Assembly (NCBI GenBank): GCA_013265495.1
Contig: MU058584.1
Coordinates: 4,036,508 to 4,100,507 of the forward strand
Direction: 5' to 3'
DNA: 64,000 bases
DNA from: Vicugna vicugna
Lineage: Eukaryota
The position numbers and the translations under genes were made by a program. Position 1 is the stretch's first letter, and the number at the start of each line of letters is the position of its first letter. Of this stretch, positions 27,684-41,507 are shown in pieces. The notes beneath the pieces were generated by a model, which was not told where the DNA came from, did not search any database, and saw only the letters and a list, made by a program, of their open reading frames with translations.

Positions 27684-28752
27684 AATGTACTATCCAAAAG
27701 ATGAATTGAAGGGCTGGGAGTCAAAGGACGAAAATAATCCTAATTCAAAATGAGTGTTGCCGGGATAATTGGGAGTTGGCTGTCTCATAGTAGAGTAAGC
27801 TGTGTAGCATTTTGGACCAGAAATGTTGCCTTTCTGCCCTGTCCCTTAACTAATTGAAATGAGAGCATGAATCATTTCCACTCCATGAGCTTCTGTTACC
27901 TACATATACAATAACTATTCAGATATGGCTTTTTCAGCTTTAACAAGAGAAATTCAGCTGGAAGAAAAGCACTGTATACATTTCAAAGGTTATAGGCTTA
28001 TAGAGAAAGATATTTTTTGTAATATATTCAGGGGATCATTGTTCTATTGCTATAAGGTTACCAAGTTTCCAGTGCCCATAGAGGTTTGACTAAATGGGTC
28101 AAACCTCTCTACTGTGAATTTCTATCTCTATAATGGTTACAAAAGTAGTCTTTTTAGAATACCTGGTTTTTGTAACAAACTTTGAAATCCAAACTAGGGG
28201 TGGAAAAGAGATTTTTTTCACTGCTTCCAGAAATACTTTACAGGAAAAAAAAATAAAAGAATGAGGCATCATTTCTAAATTTTAAAGTGATTTATGGGAA
28301 GTTTGGTTAGTTTAGAAATACCTAAGGTTATCTAGACAGTTAGATCTATTAACCCTGTAGGGGATACAGGTTAACTGATATTTAAACATTACTTGGATCA
28401 CTTTTGGTTACATCAGTTAAGGGACTTGTTAGAATATCAACAAATCACTTGAGAGTTAGTAGAAATATTTGATTATCTTAATCATTACATAAGGTAGCAA
28501 CAGGAGACTGCAGATGGGGTGAATATGGGACAGTTTTGAATGTTGTCATGATCAAGGCCTAACTGAGTCCTCACTAGAGTACTGTACTCAGCTTAGGGAT
28601 GGATGTTTTGTGGGACCCAGTCAATGATTGTTGATTCTTTGTCTGGAGCGGTTATTGGAGCAGCACCCTCGAGTGAAGACTGTAAAGTTGAGTGAGATGA
28701 CTCTCTCTTCTCTTTCTTCGTCTCCCCGCTCCTGCTCTGTATTCCTGTGCAG

Positions 28753-28894
28753 GGCGATGTTGGGCTCGCTATGGGTAAACTGTATGGAAATGACTTCAGC
28801 CAAACTACCATCTCTCGTTTTGAAGCCTTGAACCTCAGCTTTAAGAACATGTGCAAGTTAAAGCCACTTTTGGAGAAGTGGCTAAATGATGCAG
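28753..28894 (+). CDS. POU2F1: POU2F1 exon 10: [47 protein letters not shown](E) (rest of POU-specific domain)
   Basis: cctgtgcag|GGC ... GCA G|gtgagt; 142 nt; POU-S signature SQTTISRFE. Confidence 0.99.
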
Positions 28895-29299
28895 GTGAGT
28901 CGATATATAAACAGTTTCCTCATTGTCCGTTGAAATTTTACAAGAGTAATTGTTGTATAAATCGGGGTTTATATTTCTTACTACATTGTTGGTACTACAG
29001 AACCTTAAAATAAAGCTCACTAATCTTGGGAGGATCAATAAAATCATGGCTACATAAATCAGAGAGCTAATTTATTTTAATAACCTAGTAATTACAGTGT
29101 ATACAATCAGCAATACTTTTTAGCCTTGGAATATGCTTGTATTTGAGCCCAGGGTGAGGGACAGCTGAAGGAAGAGGATAAGAAAACCTGTGTATTTAAA
29201 TAAATTTGAAAAACAAGTTTATTGAGTCTTCCTCAGTGAGTTATCATAAATCTATTCCTGATTATATTTCTGCTTTGTTATTAAAAATGACCAGATATT

Positions 29300-29761
29300 G
29301 GTATGTATATACAATAGAATATCACTCAGGCATTAAAGAGTGAATTAACTGTCATTTGTTAGCAACATGGATAAACTTAAAGAATATTATATTTAGTGGA
29401 GTAAATCTGACAGAGGTTTTTCTGTGTGATACCACTTGTATGTGGAATCTAAAAAGTAACACAAATGAATCTGTGTACAAAACAGGAACAGGCTCATAGA
29501 CATAGAAGACAAACTAATCGTTACCAAACAGGAGAGGAACGGGGGGAGGGACATATTTAGAGTATGGGATTAATGGATACAAGCTACTATACATAAAATA
29601 GGTAAGCAATAAGGATTTGCTGTATAGCACAGGGAATTGTGCTCAATATCTTGTAATAACCCATAATGGAATATAATCTGAAAAAACATATAACTGAATA
29701 ACTTTACTAATCACCTGAAACTAACACAATACTGTAAATCGACTATACTTCAGTTTTTTTT
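29300..29761 (+). mobile_element. 5'-truncated L1 3' end (artiodactyl type)
   Basis: gcaacatggata...gacatagaagacaaac...tatagcacagggaa; flanked by aaatgacca(g/c)atatt TSD. Confidence 0.88.
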
Positions 29762-30643
29762 AAATGACCACATATTTCATACATAAAAAATTGAGCTGCT
29801 AGTTTTAACTTACGTGTTTTGTGCTGAGGTTTCCTTTTTGGAAAATTTGAATTTTGAGTCACAGAATCATAACCTGTGAGTGCTATAAGGAACCATAGAG
29901 ATCCCCTGGACTGTGGTTCTCCTGGTGGATGTGGACAAAAATCAGGTCTCTGGAAAAGACAGACCTGTAACACCCACCCTTGGACAGTCTGATTTCATAT
30001 TTCTAGGTGAGGCCTCAGCGTTTGTAATCTTACTGAGTTCTGCAGGTGAGAACCGCTGGCCGCCTCCCTCCATCTCATTTTATGTAGAGTGGAAAGAAAC
30101 TTAGAGATGTCTGTGACATGCCTAGGGTCATTAACTATTAAATGACAGAACTTTGTTTAAACTTTTAAGAATTTAGAAGTGTTTCATTGTTTGGTTTGGG
30201 GGGCTAGGGGTGCCCTAGATCATACCAGTGAAATAAAACGATGGGTCATTTGCAAGATAAATATTAATCACTCAATAACTTCCAAGAAGATTTCTTTCTT
30301 TTATCCTTAGAGCTAACAAATAAATAAGCAAACAAACCAAAACATAAGAACAGAACTCAGAAGAGTTAGAGCTGAGCATAAGGGTAGGAATAATAACCTG
30401 CTCTCTCAGAAACAAATGAAAGCGTAATGGTGACAATATAGTCAACCATCCTGAGATAAAGAGTGCCGGTGAGAGCAGCAGGAGTGTCCACGGCAGTGAA
30501 CAGTGGTTTCATGTAGGTTATGAAAACCTTTTCATGCTTGTGTTTAGCTTAAAATATTTTGGTCAGTTTGTTGTTAATATATGTATTATGTGCACGAATC
30601 ATGCACAGTTAATTTGATTTCCATATTTTCTTCTTCCTTACAG

Positions 30644-30789
30644 AGAACCTCTCGTCTGACTCGGCTCTCTCTAGCCCAAGTGCCCTGAGTTCTCCAGGGC
30701 TGGGAGTTGAGGGCTTGAACCGTAGGAGGAAGAAACGCACCAGCATAGAGACCAACATCCGTGTGGCCTTAGAGAAGAGTTTCTTGGAG
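30644..30789 (+). CDS. POU2F1: POU2F1 exon 11: linker and start of homeodomain (E)[48 protein letters not shown]
   Basis: ttccttacag|AG ... GAG|gttggt; 146 nt. Confidence 0.96.
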
Positions 30790-31841
30790 GTTGGTGAGGT
30801 TTTTACTTTTCATGTACGTGGGATTATCTGTATGGTACTAATGTTAAGTGCTGTAGACAATAAAATACGGACTTGCAGGCCTCAGCCGTTATGGATACTT
30901 ACAACATATTGGAGAAAATAGGACAAAGTAAGTTACTGAACGTAGGAAACAAAATCGGAGTGCTTTCAGGTTCAGGAGAGACCCGTGGATGTGAGCCCTC
31001 AAGGTGAGAGAGGTGGCAGCTGCTAGAGGTTGCACAGGGATTCCACAGACAGGGAGGGGCGGGAGGAAAGCACTTCAAGCAGAGGCATCCGGGGAGGAAA
31101 GCCATGAGATGTATCAGGGGAAACACGAGTAGTTTGGTTTAGCTAAATTCTGATGCTTACATCCTTAGAATAGTAGTTTGGGACCAGAACACTAAAGGCC
31201 TTGATGGGCTATGGAGTTCAAGTTACTTCAACAGATATTTGGCTTTTGAGGGTAGGAGAGAGGGAGCGGGGAGTTACCGGGGTCTATCACAATCAAAGCT
31301 TCCAGCAAGATTTTGACTTCTCTAATTCAGAAAGAGCTTGAGCACAGGGGAAGGAGCACTGAATCCGGAGTCTTTATCAGCTCTGCCACTTAACGACTGT
31401 GTGATTGGTCAAGTTACTTGATTTCTTAAGCTGAAGTCCCTTTATTTGTGAAATAACTGCCTTTCCTTCCCAATTGTCTCACTGCCTGCCTCACACTGTC
31501 CAAGCGAGATTGTGTTGTGTCGCACTGAGAAAATGCTTATTATTCTTATTCTGAAAACAGTAAGGTGCTGTTTTCATTCAAGACTAATTGCCATTAGTAT
31601 AAAAAATATATAAATATTCAAGAATAACTTATTCTAAGTTAATATGACTACATTTAATAAATACATGTTCATTAGAATGTCTGTCTGTAGAAATTCTTTG
31701 TTAAAAGTGGACTGATATGGTCACGTGTATCCTGACTTTGTTCTCTGACTTGTTCCTCCCTGTTTGTTTATTCAGTTAATGATGTGATTATGCCAGTAGT
31801 TCAGAAAGTTTTTCCAAAAGGTGATTTTTTTTCCCCTTCAG

Positions 31842-32021
31842 AATCAAAAGCCTACCTCGGAAGAGATCACCATGATTGCTGATCAGCTCAATATGGAAAA
31901 AGAGGTGATTCGTGTTTGGTTTTGTAACCGCCGCCAGAAAGAAAAAAGAATCAACCCACCGAGCAGTGGTGGGACCAGCAGCTCACCTATCAAAGCAATT
32001 TTCCCCAGCCCAACCTCACTG
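31842..32021 (+). CDS. POU2F1: POU2F1 exon 12: homeodomain [39 protein letters not shown]...SPTSL
   Basis: ccccttcag|AAT ... CTG|gtaagg; 180 nt; POU-class recognition helix [13 protein letters not shown]. Confidence 0.99.
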
Positions 32022-33452
32022 GTAAGGATGAAAAATAGGGATGCAAGCTCAAGGTCAGTTTTACAGATGACCTGTCAAAAGAATTTATTTCATTATAGGA
32101 ATCTGTTGTATTTATTCCTGTTGAATAAAGGCATATAAATATATTTTATATGTTACCAAAGTAATTAAATCTCATGTTGTTATTAACCCGAGAACTTACT
32201 GATCTTTCTTTTTTTAAAGTAAACAGTTTTAATCCTTTCCTCCTTTCCTATTTCATTGCAGTTCATTGTTCTCTTCTTTGGTATAGTTTATTAGGTTATT
32301 CTATAACTGTGGGAGTAAATTTGCAGCTGATTCCAGTTATCTCAAAAAAATCTTTACTTGCTTTTTATTCACATTGGGTTCTAAAGCCTAGTTTATTAAA
32401 CTTTTACTTACATGATTAAGTGACAATAAATTCTCAGATAACCTCTGAGCTTGTAGTAAAACAATTGTCTCAGATCTTTACTCAAACATGTGGGCCTTTG
32501 ATTTGTAGCCTTACTGAGTAACCTCTGCTGTTTAACATTAAGGTAGTGTTCCTAGACTGAAGGGACATGCAGTGGTCATGTGACTCCTTTGATCTCTAGG
32601 GCAGTTGTAATTGTGATGCCACCTTTCGAACTAGTATTCCAAAGACAAGAAGATTGTTGAGTTTGCATTTCTGATACTTTCTTGTTAATTTATTTTTAAT
32701 TCATTTGAATCTGTTCTAGGAGGTTTTTCAAACTAAGGTCATCATTAATAGCACTTACTAGTTTGTTAAGTGAAGGTTATGGTTGTTAAATGGTGAGGCT
32801 TTAATCATAAAGTTTATGAGCTAGTAGCTGTGAAAGAGATAGTCATTAGGTACAGTTTTGTTTTATGTAGGTAGACTAGTTGGTGTTTGGGATTTATTTG
32901 TACTAGAAAAAGGAAGAAAGGAAGGCAGTATTTCTTACAACACTGTAGAAATACTTATTTCAAAAGGAAACTGTCAGTTTTTTAAAATTTGCTTTAGTTT
33001 CTTTCCATAATGTCATAAAACCAAAAACAAGACAGTCTTGTCCTCATAGAGTCAAAAATAAAAGTAATAAGAACTCCAGATTCCCTGATCCTGTTGAATA
33101 GTTTTCTTGTTTAGATTAAGTTTATAATTGGCATAATATTTCTTACTGATTAGATAGTATCTGACTCAACATTATTGAAATTTAAGAATATTTTTATTCT
33201 TTTTAAAACTTGGGGAAAGCCATTTGTAGTATCAGTGAAAAATCGTCTACTAAAAGCAATCTCAGCGTAAGCCAGGTTTCTCAGTTCCAAGGTCAAAGAG
33301 TAATTAATATCATTTCCTTTTAGATTTTTATTTTATTCTATTGTATCTAGAATTTGAAATTTTTTATAGGCAAAATAAGTCTAGAATATGAGCTTAAATT
33401 TTAAATTTTTGACTTTTAAATGCTTTTGCATATTTTCATTTCTGACCTCTAG

Positions 33453-33558
33453 GTGGCAACCACGCCAAGCCTTGTGACAAGCAGTGCAGCAACTACCCTC
33501 ACCGTCAACCCAGTCCTCCCTCTAACCAGCGCTGCGGTGACTAATCTCTCTGTTACAG
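33453..33558 (+). CDS. POU2F1: POU2F1 exon 13: [35 protein letters not shown](G)
   Basis: gacctctag|GTG ... ACA G|gtaagc; 106 nt. Confidence 0.96.
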
Positions 33559-34317
33559 GTAAGCAGCAGCCAGGCTGTGCAGCACTGAGGCAAATGATAG
33601 GTTTGGGTGAGAATCTGCCATTAAATTATGAACTAAGACTCTAACTAAAGATATATATTGCTTTTTTAAAAAGTTATGTATGAAAACCTGAACTCCAAAA
33701 ATATTACGAATAATACATTTTTTTCAGAAAGACTATTTTCACATAAAGATTTTTCTCATCTTTTTTCTTTCCCACATTAATCTATCTTCTACATTGCTCC
33801 CAGAGTTACTTTTTTTTAAGTAACTCCTCTCCCTTAAAAACCTTCAAAAGCTGAAGCTTTTTGCATTCGGGAAAACATCCAGATCATCATGAAGTCATAA
33901 ATTATTTCAAGTCTGGACCTTATCTTCCACTAGTCTTTTCTCCATCCCATCTTCAGCACACAGGAGGGCTCCTCCATACCCTTGTGAACATCCCTATAGC
34001 CTAAAATGTTGCCCGTTCCAACCTCTTCTTCATTCTGATAGTGATGAAACTGTCCCAGCTTAGGTATCAATTCTTGGAAATATTCTTTAGCTTTTTGAGA
34101 AAATTGTTTATTTCTACATGCCTGTATTATAAACAATTAAATTTTTCCACTCTGTCAACAGACTACTTCTCAAAAGATTTGAATATTCTTTTTAAAATAT
34201 CAATGCCTAAAGTTAGTGCTTGGCACACTCACTATAAAATAAATAAATTTTGTCCCTTAAATTGGCACATTTCCCAAATACATTTAAAATACTTAATAAT
34301 AGATTTAAAAATTTCTT

Positions 34318-34520
34318 ATGTATAGCACAAGGAACTGTATTCAATATTTTATAATAACCTTTTGAAAAAGAATATGAAAATGAGTATATGTATGTATATG
34401 CATGACTGGGACATTATGCTGTATACCAGAAATTGACATATTGTAACTGACTATACTTCAATTAGGAAAAAAAACCAAGATGTAACCAACAAAGAAAACA
34501 AACGAAAAAAACCCACAAAA
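34318..34520 (+). mobile_element. Short L1 3' end with A-rich tail
   Basis: tatagcacaaggaactgtattcaata...gtaactgactatacttcaatt; same subfamily as 39387-39956. Confidence 0.8.
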
Positions 34521-35929
34521 ATTAGGTAACTTAGTGTCATCATCAGAAGTTTTTTAGTGATACATAATGCAGAAGGCATTTTATAATTATTCACCAGGTT
34601 GATTATGTGCTAGTAAATGATTAGATGGATTTGTGATATTTTACAATGAAGCTTAAATTTAACCTGAAGTTGGGGGATTTGGTTTTCTTCACTCATATTT
34701 CAGGTTCATGACACTACTTTGGCTCTGTGACCTAACCATGACGTTAAAATCGAATAAATGGCTTTATATAGTTATTAAATTTCTAAGTTATTAGACAACT
34801 GTATAGTATTTGTTTATTTAAAACAATACTTTTTTTACCTCTTTTTGGGTCTTTGACCCCTTTGAAAATTTATCGAAAGCTATAAACTTTCCCCCTCACA
34901 AAACAGACATACCCACAATTTTTAGTAAAATATAAGAATGTTTATAAATGACAAACGTCATCAGTCTCCACCTCACCATGGCTTGTCATTTGCAGATGTC
35001 TTAGGGGCCCACAGATTACAAATTAAAAGCCTCTGTTCAAGAGTATATAGTATTCAGCACCTCAGATTAATAAGCAAACTTTTGGTGATTGGTTGCCATT
35101 ATGTTGGGCGCCAAAACATGAAATTCCTGCCTTTGAGGAACTTACTGTCTACTCAGACTGCCACTGGTTGTTAAATTGTGTACTTTACCTCCTAAACAAA
35201 ATACAAATCTTATTATGTTAGGTCTAAAGATACCCATCTTTTGCAGAAAAATTCTGAAACTATTAATTTTAAGAACATATACATACTCGAAGCTAGCAAA
35301 ATTTTTTTTATCATTTTTTATCTTTTTTTAATCTTAAATGACTAATCAAATTTTCTTAAACTTGATTACTCATCTCATTCATTTAATTATGAGTTTTCTG
35401 AAATGCTAGTAACTTTTTGGGGAATGAAATTTTTCTTTAATTATTAAAATATTTAACATAGGAAAGCCAAATAGAAAAGACACAGTCAAAATGAATAGTA
35501 TTTTTATTTTGTCTTTTTATCTTTTTTATATGTACAATTCTGATAGTGCTTACAGTGATGTATTTTTTTTTAACTTAACATCTTAGTAGATATCTTCCTT
35601 TGTTATTAATAGTTTTTACATGTCTACTTTTGATTTGCCTTTGTCATATTGTTTGCATAGTAATTTCATAGATATTTCCATATGGTGCCATCACAGTTAA
35701 GTTCTAGCTAGGTGATCCACTTTTCCAGTTTGAAAATTATTGCAGTTATTACATCCCAGGAAACCCCTCAGTCTCCAAGCCATACATCTGGTCTCACTTG
35801 TTCACTTTTGTATTCCTCGTGTCTAGCACATCACCTAGTGTGTATGATACCCAGTAATTATTAAGTGAAGTTTTCATTACTGTAAATAATCCTATAATGA
35901 GCACCTTTATACATATAGCTGTTTCTTAA

Positions 35930-38040
35930 ATTTTTTATTTTTACATAATTTCAGACTTACAGAAGTTATAAGAATAGTACAAGAGAAATCCTAAATTTCT
36001 TCCTCACATTTTCCAAATATTAAAACCTTGCTGTATTTGCTTTCTCTCTTCTTTTTCCTCATTCTGTGTGTTTCTCTTTGTGTGTGATTTGTTTCTGAAC
36101 TATTTTAAGAGCAAGTTGCAGATATGCCCCTTTATCCCTAAATGCTTTACTGTGTATATTTTTATAAACAAAAAATTACCACATATAACTAGGGTACAGT
36201 TATCAAAAATCAGGATATTAACATTAGCTCAATAATATCTCGTAAACAGTTCACGTTCAGATTTTGCCAGTTGTACCAGTAATATTCCTTATAGCAAAAG
36301 AAAATGTAAGATCATGCCTTCCATTCAGTTGCTATGTCTTTTTAGTCTCATTTCATTTTACAGTTTGAGTCTTTCTTTGTGTTTTGTGACATTGATTTTT
36401 TTTTTAAATATAGCTATCCCCTTAATTTGGATTTACCTGGTTGCCTCATGATTAGATTCAGATTACATGGTTTCGGCAGGAATCCCACGTAAATGATGTT
36501 GAGTTCTCCTTTGTGCATGACTTGGAGACACGTGCTGTTGATTAGTCCCACTACTGGTGATATTAACTTTGATAATTTCATTAAGGTGGTATCTGTCAGG
36601 CTCAGTCTCATCTTAAAGTTTCTCTGCCTTGGGCCTAGAATCAGCCTTCAAGGATCCCTGGTTTCTTTTAGTGAGAAACAGTGCTTAGAAACCAAGATCT
36701 AGGCACTACAACTGCCCGTTGATACTTTGTGGTCATTGTTTCTAGGACGTATCAACAGAAGGAGATGTACATACACATATATATACATTATATGTGTGTA
36801 TAGATACACACACGTATGTATATTTATATACATACATACACACACACATCTATGTGCATTTTTCTTTATCCAGCTATCTACTTACATTAAAATCCACAAG
36901 TTCATACTGATATCTCCAGTTCCATTCCATTACCCTATAATTCGTTCTTTTCTATCCTAACCTCTCTGTATATTTTAACTCCCTTCCCAGTGACAGTGAG
37001 TAAGTAACCTGGCTCCCATTTTCAACAAGTTACTTAATTGTTCCGTTGTATGGTGAAGAGAAAGTGGTTTCAAAATTGCTAACCTATGCCTCTGAAAAGA
37101 AAAAAACCTACTAATTCCAGTATTTGTTCAGAACTCTTGTCTTAAGCCTGAAGGCATAAAGTCCAGATATTGCATTCAAAAGTTTTTTATTAGTCCTTTT
37201 TGTATACTCTTCAGTGTAGTTACATTATTCATTTGAAATTTAGTTCAGTTTATTTGTATTCGATATTAATGTTTTTCCTCCCATCCTTGTGATTTTTTTT
37301 TAAATATATGAGATATTAACATGGTTTTTAAAGTCAGGACTATACAAAAAGTTCCCCTCAGAGAAATGTCATTCCCTTCTGTCATAATTCTCTATATCCT
37401 TTCCCTCTCATTCCCATTTATGCCTTTCCTGTGTTTCTTTTGAATGAGAGAAAGATGTATTTTTTTTTAATTTACCTTTGTTCGTTACTTTAAAGCTAGC
37501 ATGCTGTAAATGATCTTTTGTGCTTCGTTTTTCTCGCTTAACAAAATATCCTGGAAATTACTCCACATTAGTTTCTAGAAATCTTCATTATTTTGTTTCA
37601 TTATTGCAGAGTACTCCATTATGTGGATGTACTGCAGTTTGTTTAACCCTATTCCTGTGGTGTGGACATTGTAATTGTTGTGTGATTATAAACTATTCTA
37701 CAGGAATAACCTTGTGTATATTTGTGTGTGTGTGTGTGCTGTTGGAAGTGTGTCTTGAGGGTAAATTTCTAGAAGTAGAATTGCTGTGTCAAAAGGTACA
37801 CGCCTTTTGTAATTTTGCTGTATGCTATCAAATAGCCTTGCACACAGATTGTACTTACTTTCACTCCCACTAACTATATGAGAGAGCTGGTTTCCCCGTA
37901 GCCTCTGCAACAGAATGGTATACTTTCTAATTTTTGCCAATCAGATATGTGAGAAATCGTATCTCAGTGTACTTTAAATTTCAATTCTCTAATCATGTGA
38001 AGTTGAACATCTTTTCATATACATAAAATCCATATCTCAT
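35930..38040 (-). mobile_element. Mosaic of old L1MC/L1M 3' fragments
   Basis: aatttcagacttacagaag, ttagaaaccaagatct, gtatctcagtgt...tttcaattctctaat; approximate. Confidence 0.6.
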
Positions 38041-38149
38041 CTTTTATAATAGTGAAATAGGTTGTGTTTCAGGTTGACTGATCAGTGTTGCACAGGCTAT
38101 AAATTCCAGTACAAAGGAAGTAGTGAGAGCCAAAGTTGTTGTCTTCTTT

Positions 38150-38710
38150 CCAACCATGTTAATGTTCTGTTGGTACCTAATAAATGACCACAAACATAGT
38201 GGCTTAAACTAATACGCACTTACTATCCCACAGTTCTGTCGGTTGGAAGTTTAATCTGGGTCCTCTTCTCAGGTGCTTACTAGGCTAAAATCCAGATGTT
38301 GGCTGGGGCTCTGACCTCATGTGGGGCTCAAGATCCTCTTCCAAGTTCATTAGTTAGAAGAATTCTATTCCTTGTGTTTATAGGACTGAAGTCCCCATTT
38401 TTTTTTTTTTTGGTTTTTTTTGGGGGGGGGTTGGTTTTTTTTTTTTGGCTGGCTGTCAGCTCGATCACTCTCAGCTCCTGCAGGCTAACCTCAGGTCCTA
38501 GCCTCATGACGTTCTCACAACATGGCAAGTTCTTCAAAGCCAACATGAGAATCTCTCTTCAGTCAGCTACTGTGGAGGGTCTTATATAATATAAGGTAAT
38601 CAATCCTCTCACCTTTGTCATTTAATATAACCCAGCTAAAGGAGTGACTATTCCTTTTCTCATCATGTTCACAGATCTGTCCATACTCAAGATAAAAGTA
38701 TCATACATCT
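38150..38710 (-). mobile_element. MaLR LTR (MLT1-like)
   Basis: accacaaacatagtggcttaaac...tactatcccacagttctg...ggctaaaatc. Confidence 0.7.
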
Positions 38711-39386
38711 GGATTTTGACATCTTCCTTTAAAGAGCTTTTGAGTTTGCTTTGGCAGGCAGATAAGTTACTACAGATCAGTTTGATCTTTTCAAGTCTTA
38801 TTTTTTAAGCTTTGTTAGGTTGGACATAGAGTAGCCTTCACTAGTTTAACTCTGCTGCTAAGGTGTGGCCCTTCTGGGGTCTCTACTGAATGCCCAGATA
38901 TTCAACAAAGTCTCTGCTCTCTGTTTAGCCAGAACTGGAGTATCTCCCTGTCCTATGTGAATTCTGAGGATCGTTCAGTTCACAGCCTCCCCGCCTGGAC
39001 TCATGGAGTTTCCCTATGCACGTGCAGCTTAGTATTCAGCCAAAGATCCAAGGGAACCCCTATGCACATTCCTAAAGTGCTTTCTCTATTTAGTTTCTTC
39101 CTTTCCTTTACCCTCTCCTGCAGATTTCAACCATTTCCGTATCCAGTGACTGGTCTTTGTCTCCTTGAATCATTGAAATTGCTGCGCTCTATCTAGTTTC
39201 CTCTTTGGATGCAGCAGTTTGGAAAGTGCTTCCAGATAAAGTCCAAGTGATTGTAGGGCTTGCGTCATTTGTTTCCCTTTTTTCAGGCATCACAGCCCTG
39301 TGCAGCCTATTTTCTGTTGTCTGAAGTATTTTCTCCCATTTCTCTATTCTTGTTACGGTGAAAGGGTAAGTTTGCTATCATTAACT

Positions 39387-39956
39387 TTTCTTTTTAATTG
39401 AACTATAGTCAGTTACAATGTGTCAGTTTCTAATGTACAGCGTAATATCCCAGCCATGCATATATATACATCTATTTGTTTTCATATTCTTTTTCATTAA
39501 AGGTTACTAAAAGATATTGAGTATAGTTCCCTGTGCTGTACAGAAGAAATTTGTTTTTTAATATATTTTTATATATAGTGGTTAACCTTTGCAAATCTCA
39601 AACTCCCAAATTTATCCCTTCCCACCCTTTTTCCCCCAGTAACCATGAAATTGTTTACTATGTCTGTGAGTCTGTTTCTGTTTTGTAGATGAGTGTCCTC
39701 TTTTTTCTTTTTCTTTTTTTTCTTTGTAGATTCCACATATGAGTGATATATGGTATTTTTCTTTTTCTTTCTGGCTTACTTCACTATAATGATGATCTCT
39801 AGGTCCATCCATGTTGCTGCAAATGGCATTATTTTATTCTTTTTGTGGCTGAGTAGTATCCCATTGTATAAATATACCACAGCTTCTTTATCCAGTCGTC
39901 TGTCGATGGGCATTTAAGTTGCTTCCATGTCTTGGCTATTGTATATAGAGCTGCTA
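39387..39956 (-). mobile_element. Relatively young 5'-truncated L1 (ORF2 C-terminus and 3' UTR)
   Basis: ORF 39829..40020 contains IAALYTIAKTWKQLKCPSTDDWIKKLWYIYTMGYYSA (L1 ORF2 end); perfect 14-bp TSD tgctatcattaact at 39373-39386 and 39957-39970. Confidence 0.93.
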
Positions 39957-40024
39957 TGCTATCATTAACTGTCGTGGTCAAAGGCAAAGTCTCTAAAAAT
40001 GTTAAATTAGTAATCAGCATTTGT

Positions 40025-40594
40025 GATTGTGACTAGGTCTAAGGTGACCCTCTGTGGTGCCTTCCTCCCAGTGTTCATGCCTTTGTATAATCCTCTCTTG
40101 AGTGTGGGCCAATCCTTTGGCTTGCCTCCCATCAGTAGAATGTGTCAAAGGTGACAGAATGTCTCTCCACATTTACATTACATTTGCAAGACTGTCTTGT
40201 TAGCAGACTTACTCTAGGGACCCTCTTCACCAGTCTGGTGAAGTAAGAACTGAGGAAGTACACAAATCAGGGAACTGAGGGTGACGTTTAGTCACTAAGG
40301 TCACCTTCAGCCAACAGCCAGAAAGAAGCTGAGTGCTTAGTCTGGGACAGCAGGCAGAGTCTGCCAAATGATTTCTGCCAAGAACCCAAGTGAGCTTGGC
40401 AACATACTCCGCCCCAGTCATGCCTTTAGAGTGGAGCAGAATCTGGCTGACACCTTGACCATGGCCTTGCAGAGGACCAGCTCAGCTGTGCCTGGACACC
40501 TGACCCCCAGAAGCTATGAGGTCACAAATGTGTGTTGTTTAATGCTGCTAAGTTTTTGTGGTACTTTGTTAAATAGCAGTCAGAAAAGAATACA
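40025..40594 (+). mobile_element. MaLR LTR (MLT1-like)
   Basis: Typical end tgtgttgtttaatgctgctaagtttttgtggtactttgtta...gcag...aataca. Confidence 0.75.
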
Positions 40595-41507
40595 GTAATA
40601 CAATATTTGTATAAATATTATTCAGGGCCAGTTCATATGATTGAACCTATAGGGTAAAAAATGTAATCTTACGACACTTAAACTTTGCTCTTTGAAAGAG
40701 AAGATTGCAAGAGTTGATGTCAAATGGATTTTGTTTCCTTATTCTTGTCAGTAGTTGCTCAAAATCATGCCCCATTTTAATTTTTTTCCTATTTAGACCA
40801 TAACTTTCTTACCATAGCTTCTTTTTCTCTGATATTTCTATCCTGCCCTTCTTTTTTGTTGTTGTTGTTGACAAAAGTTGTATATTCTTCCACACATATT
40901 ATTTGTTAAAGACATCCACTGTCTTCATCATACAGCTTACCTAATGCAGTCTGCTTTCTTCCTGAAGACTGTCTCCTTGGGATCTCTGTGATTGCTTACT
41001 TTAATTTCTTTTCATTGTGTCCTGTGTTAGATACAGTATTTCTAAGCTCCCATCTCCCTCTACCTTTTACTCTCAAGTAATTTTTTTTCTTTATTTAGAA
41101 GCATATGGGAGGGAAAATTTCCAAGTATATGCATAACTGAAAAGTATTTTGCCCTTGGAGTTTATTTGTAGTTTGTCCAGAAATAGAATTTTAGGTACAA
41201 AATTCCTTTTCCTTTGCATTTAGAAGGTATTGCTCTGTTGCGTTTTAGATTCCAGTATTGCTGATAAAAAGCCTGATTTCATTCTAATTTTTGTTGGTAA
41301 TTTTTTTTTTTCCCTCTGTAAACTTTAAGGACCTTTTTATCCTAGGTGTTCTGAAATTTCACTAGAAGGCATCAAGGCATGGGACCTTTAAAATTTATCC
41401 TCTTTGGCCTTCAGTGGGCATTTTCAATTTGAATTAATGTCTTTCTTCAACTCGGGTAATTTATCCTTGTTCTTTATTTCTGGAACATATTTTAAACACA
41501 CTTTAAG

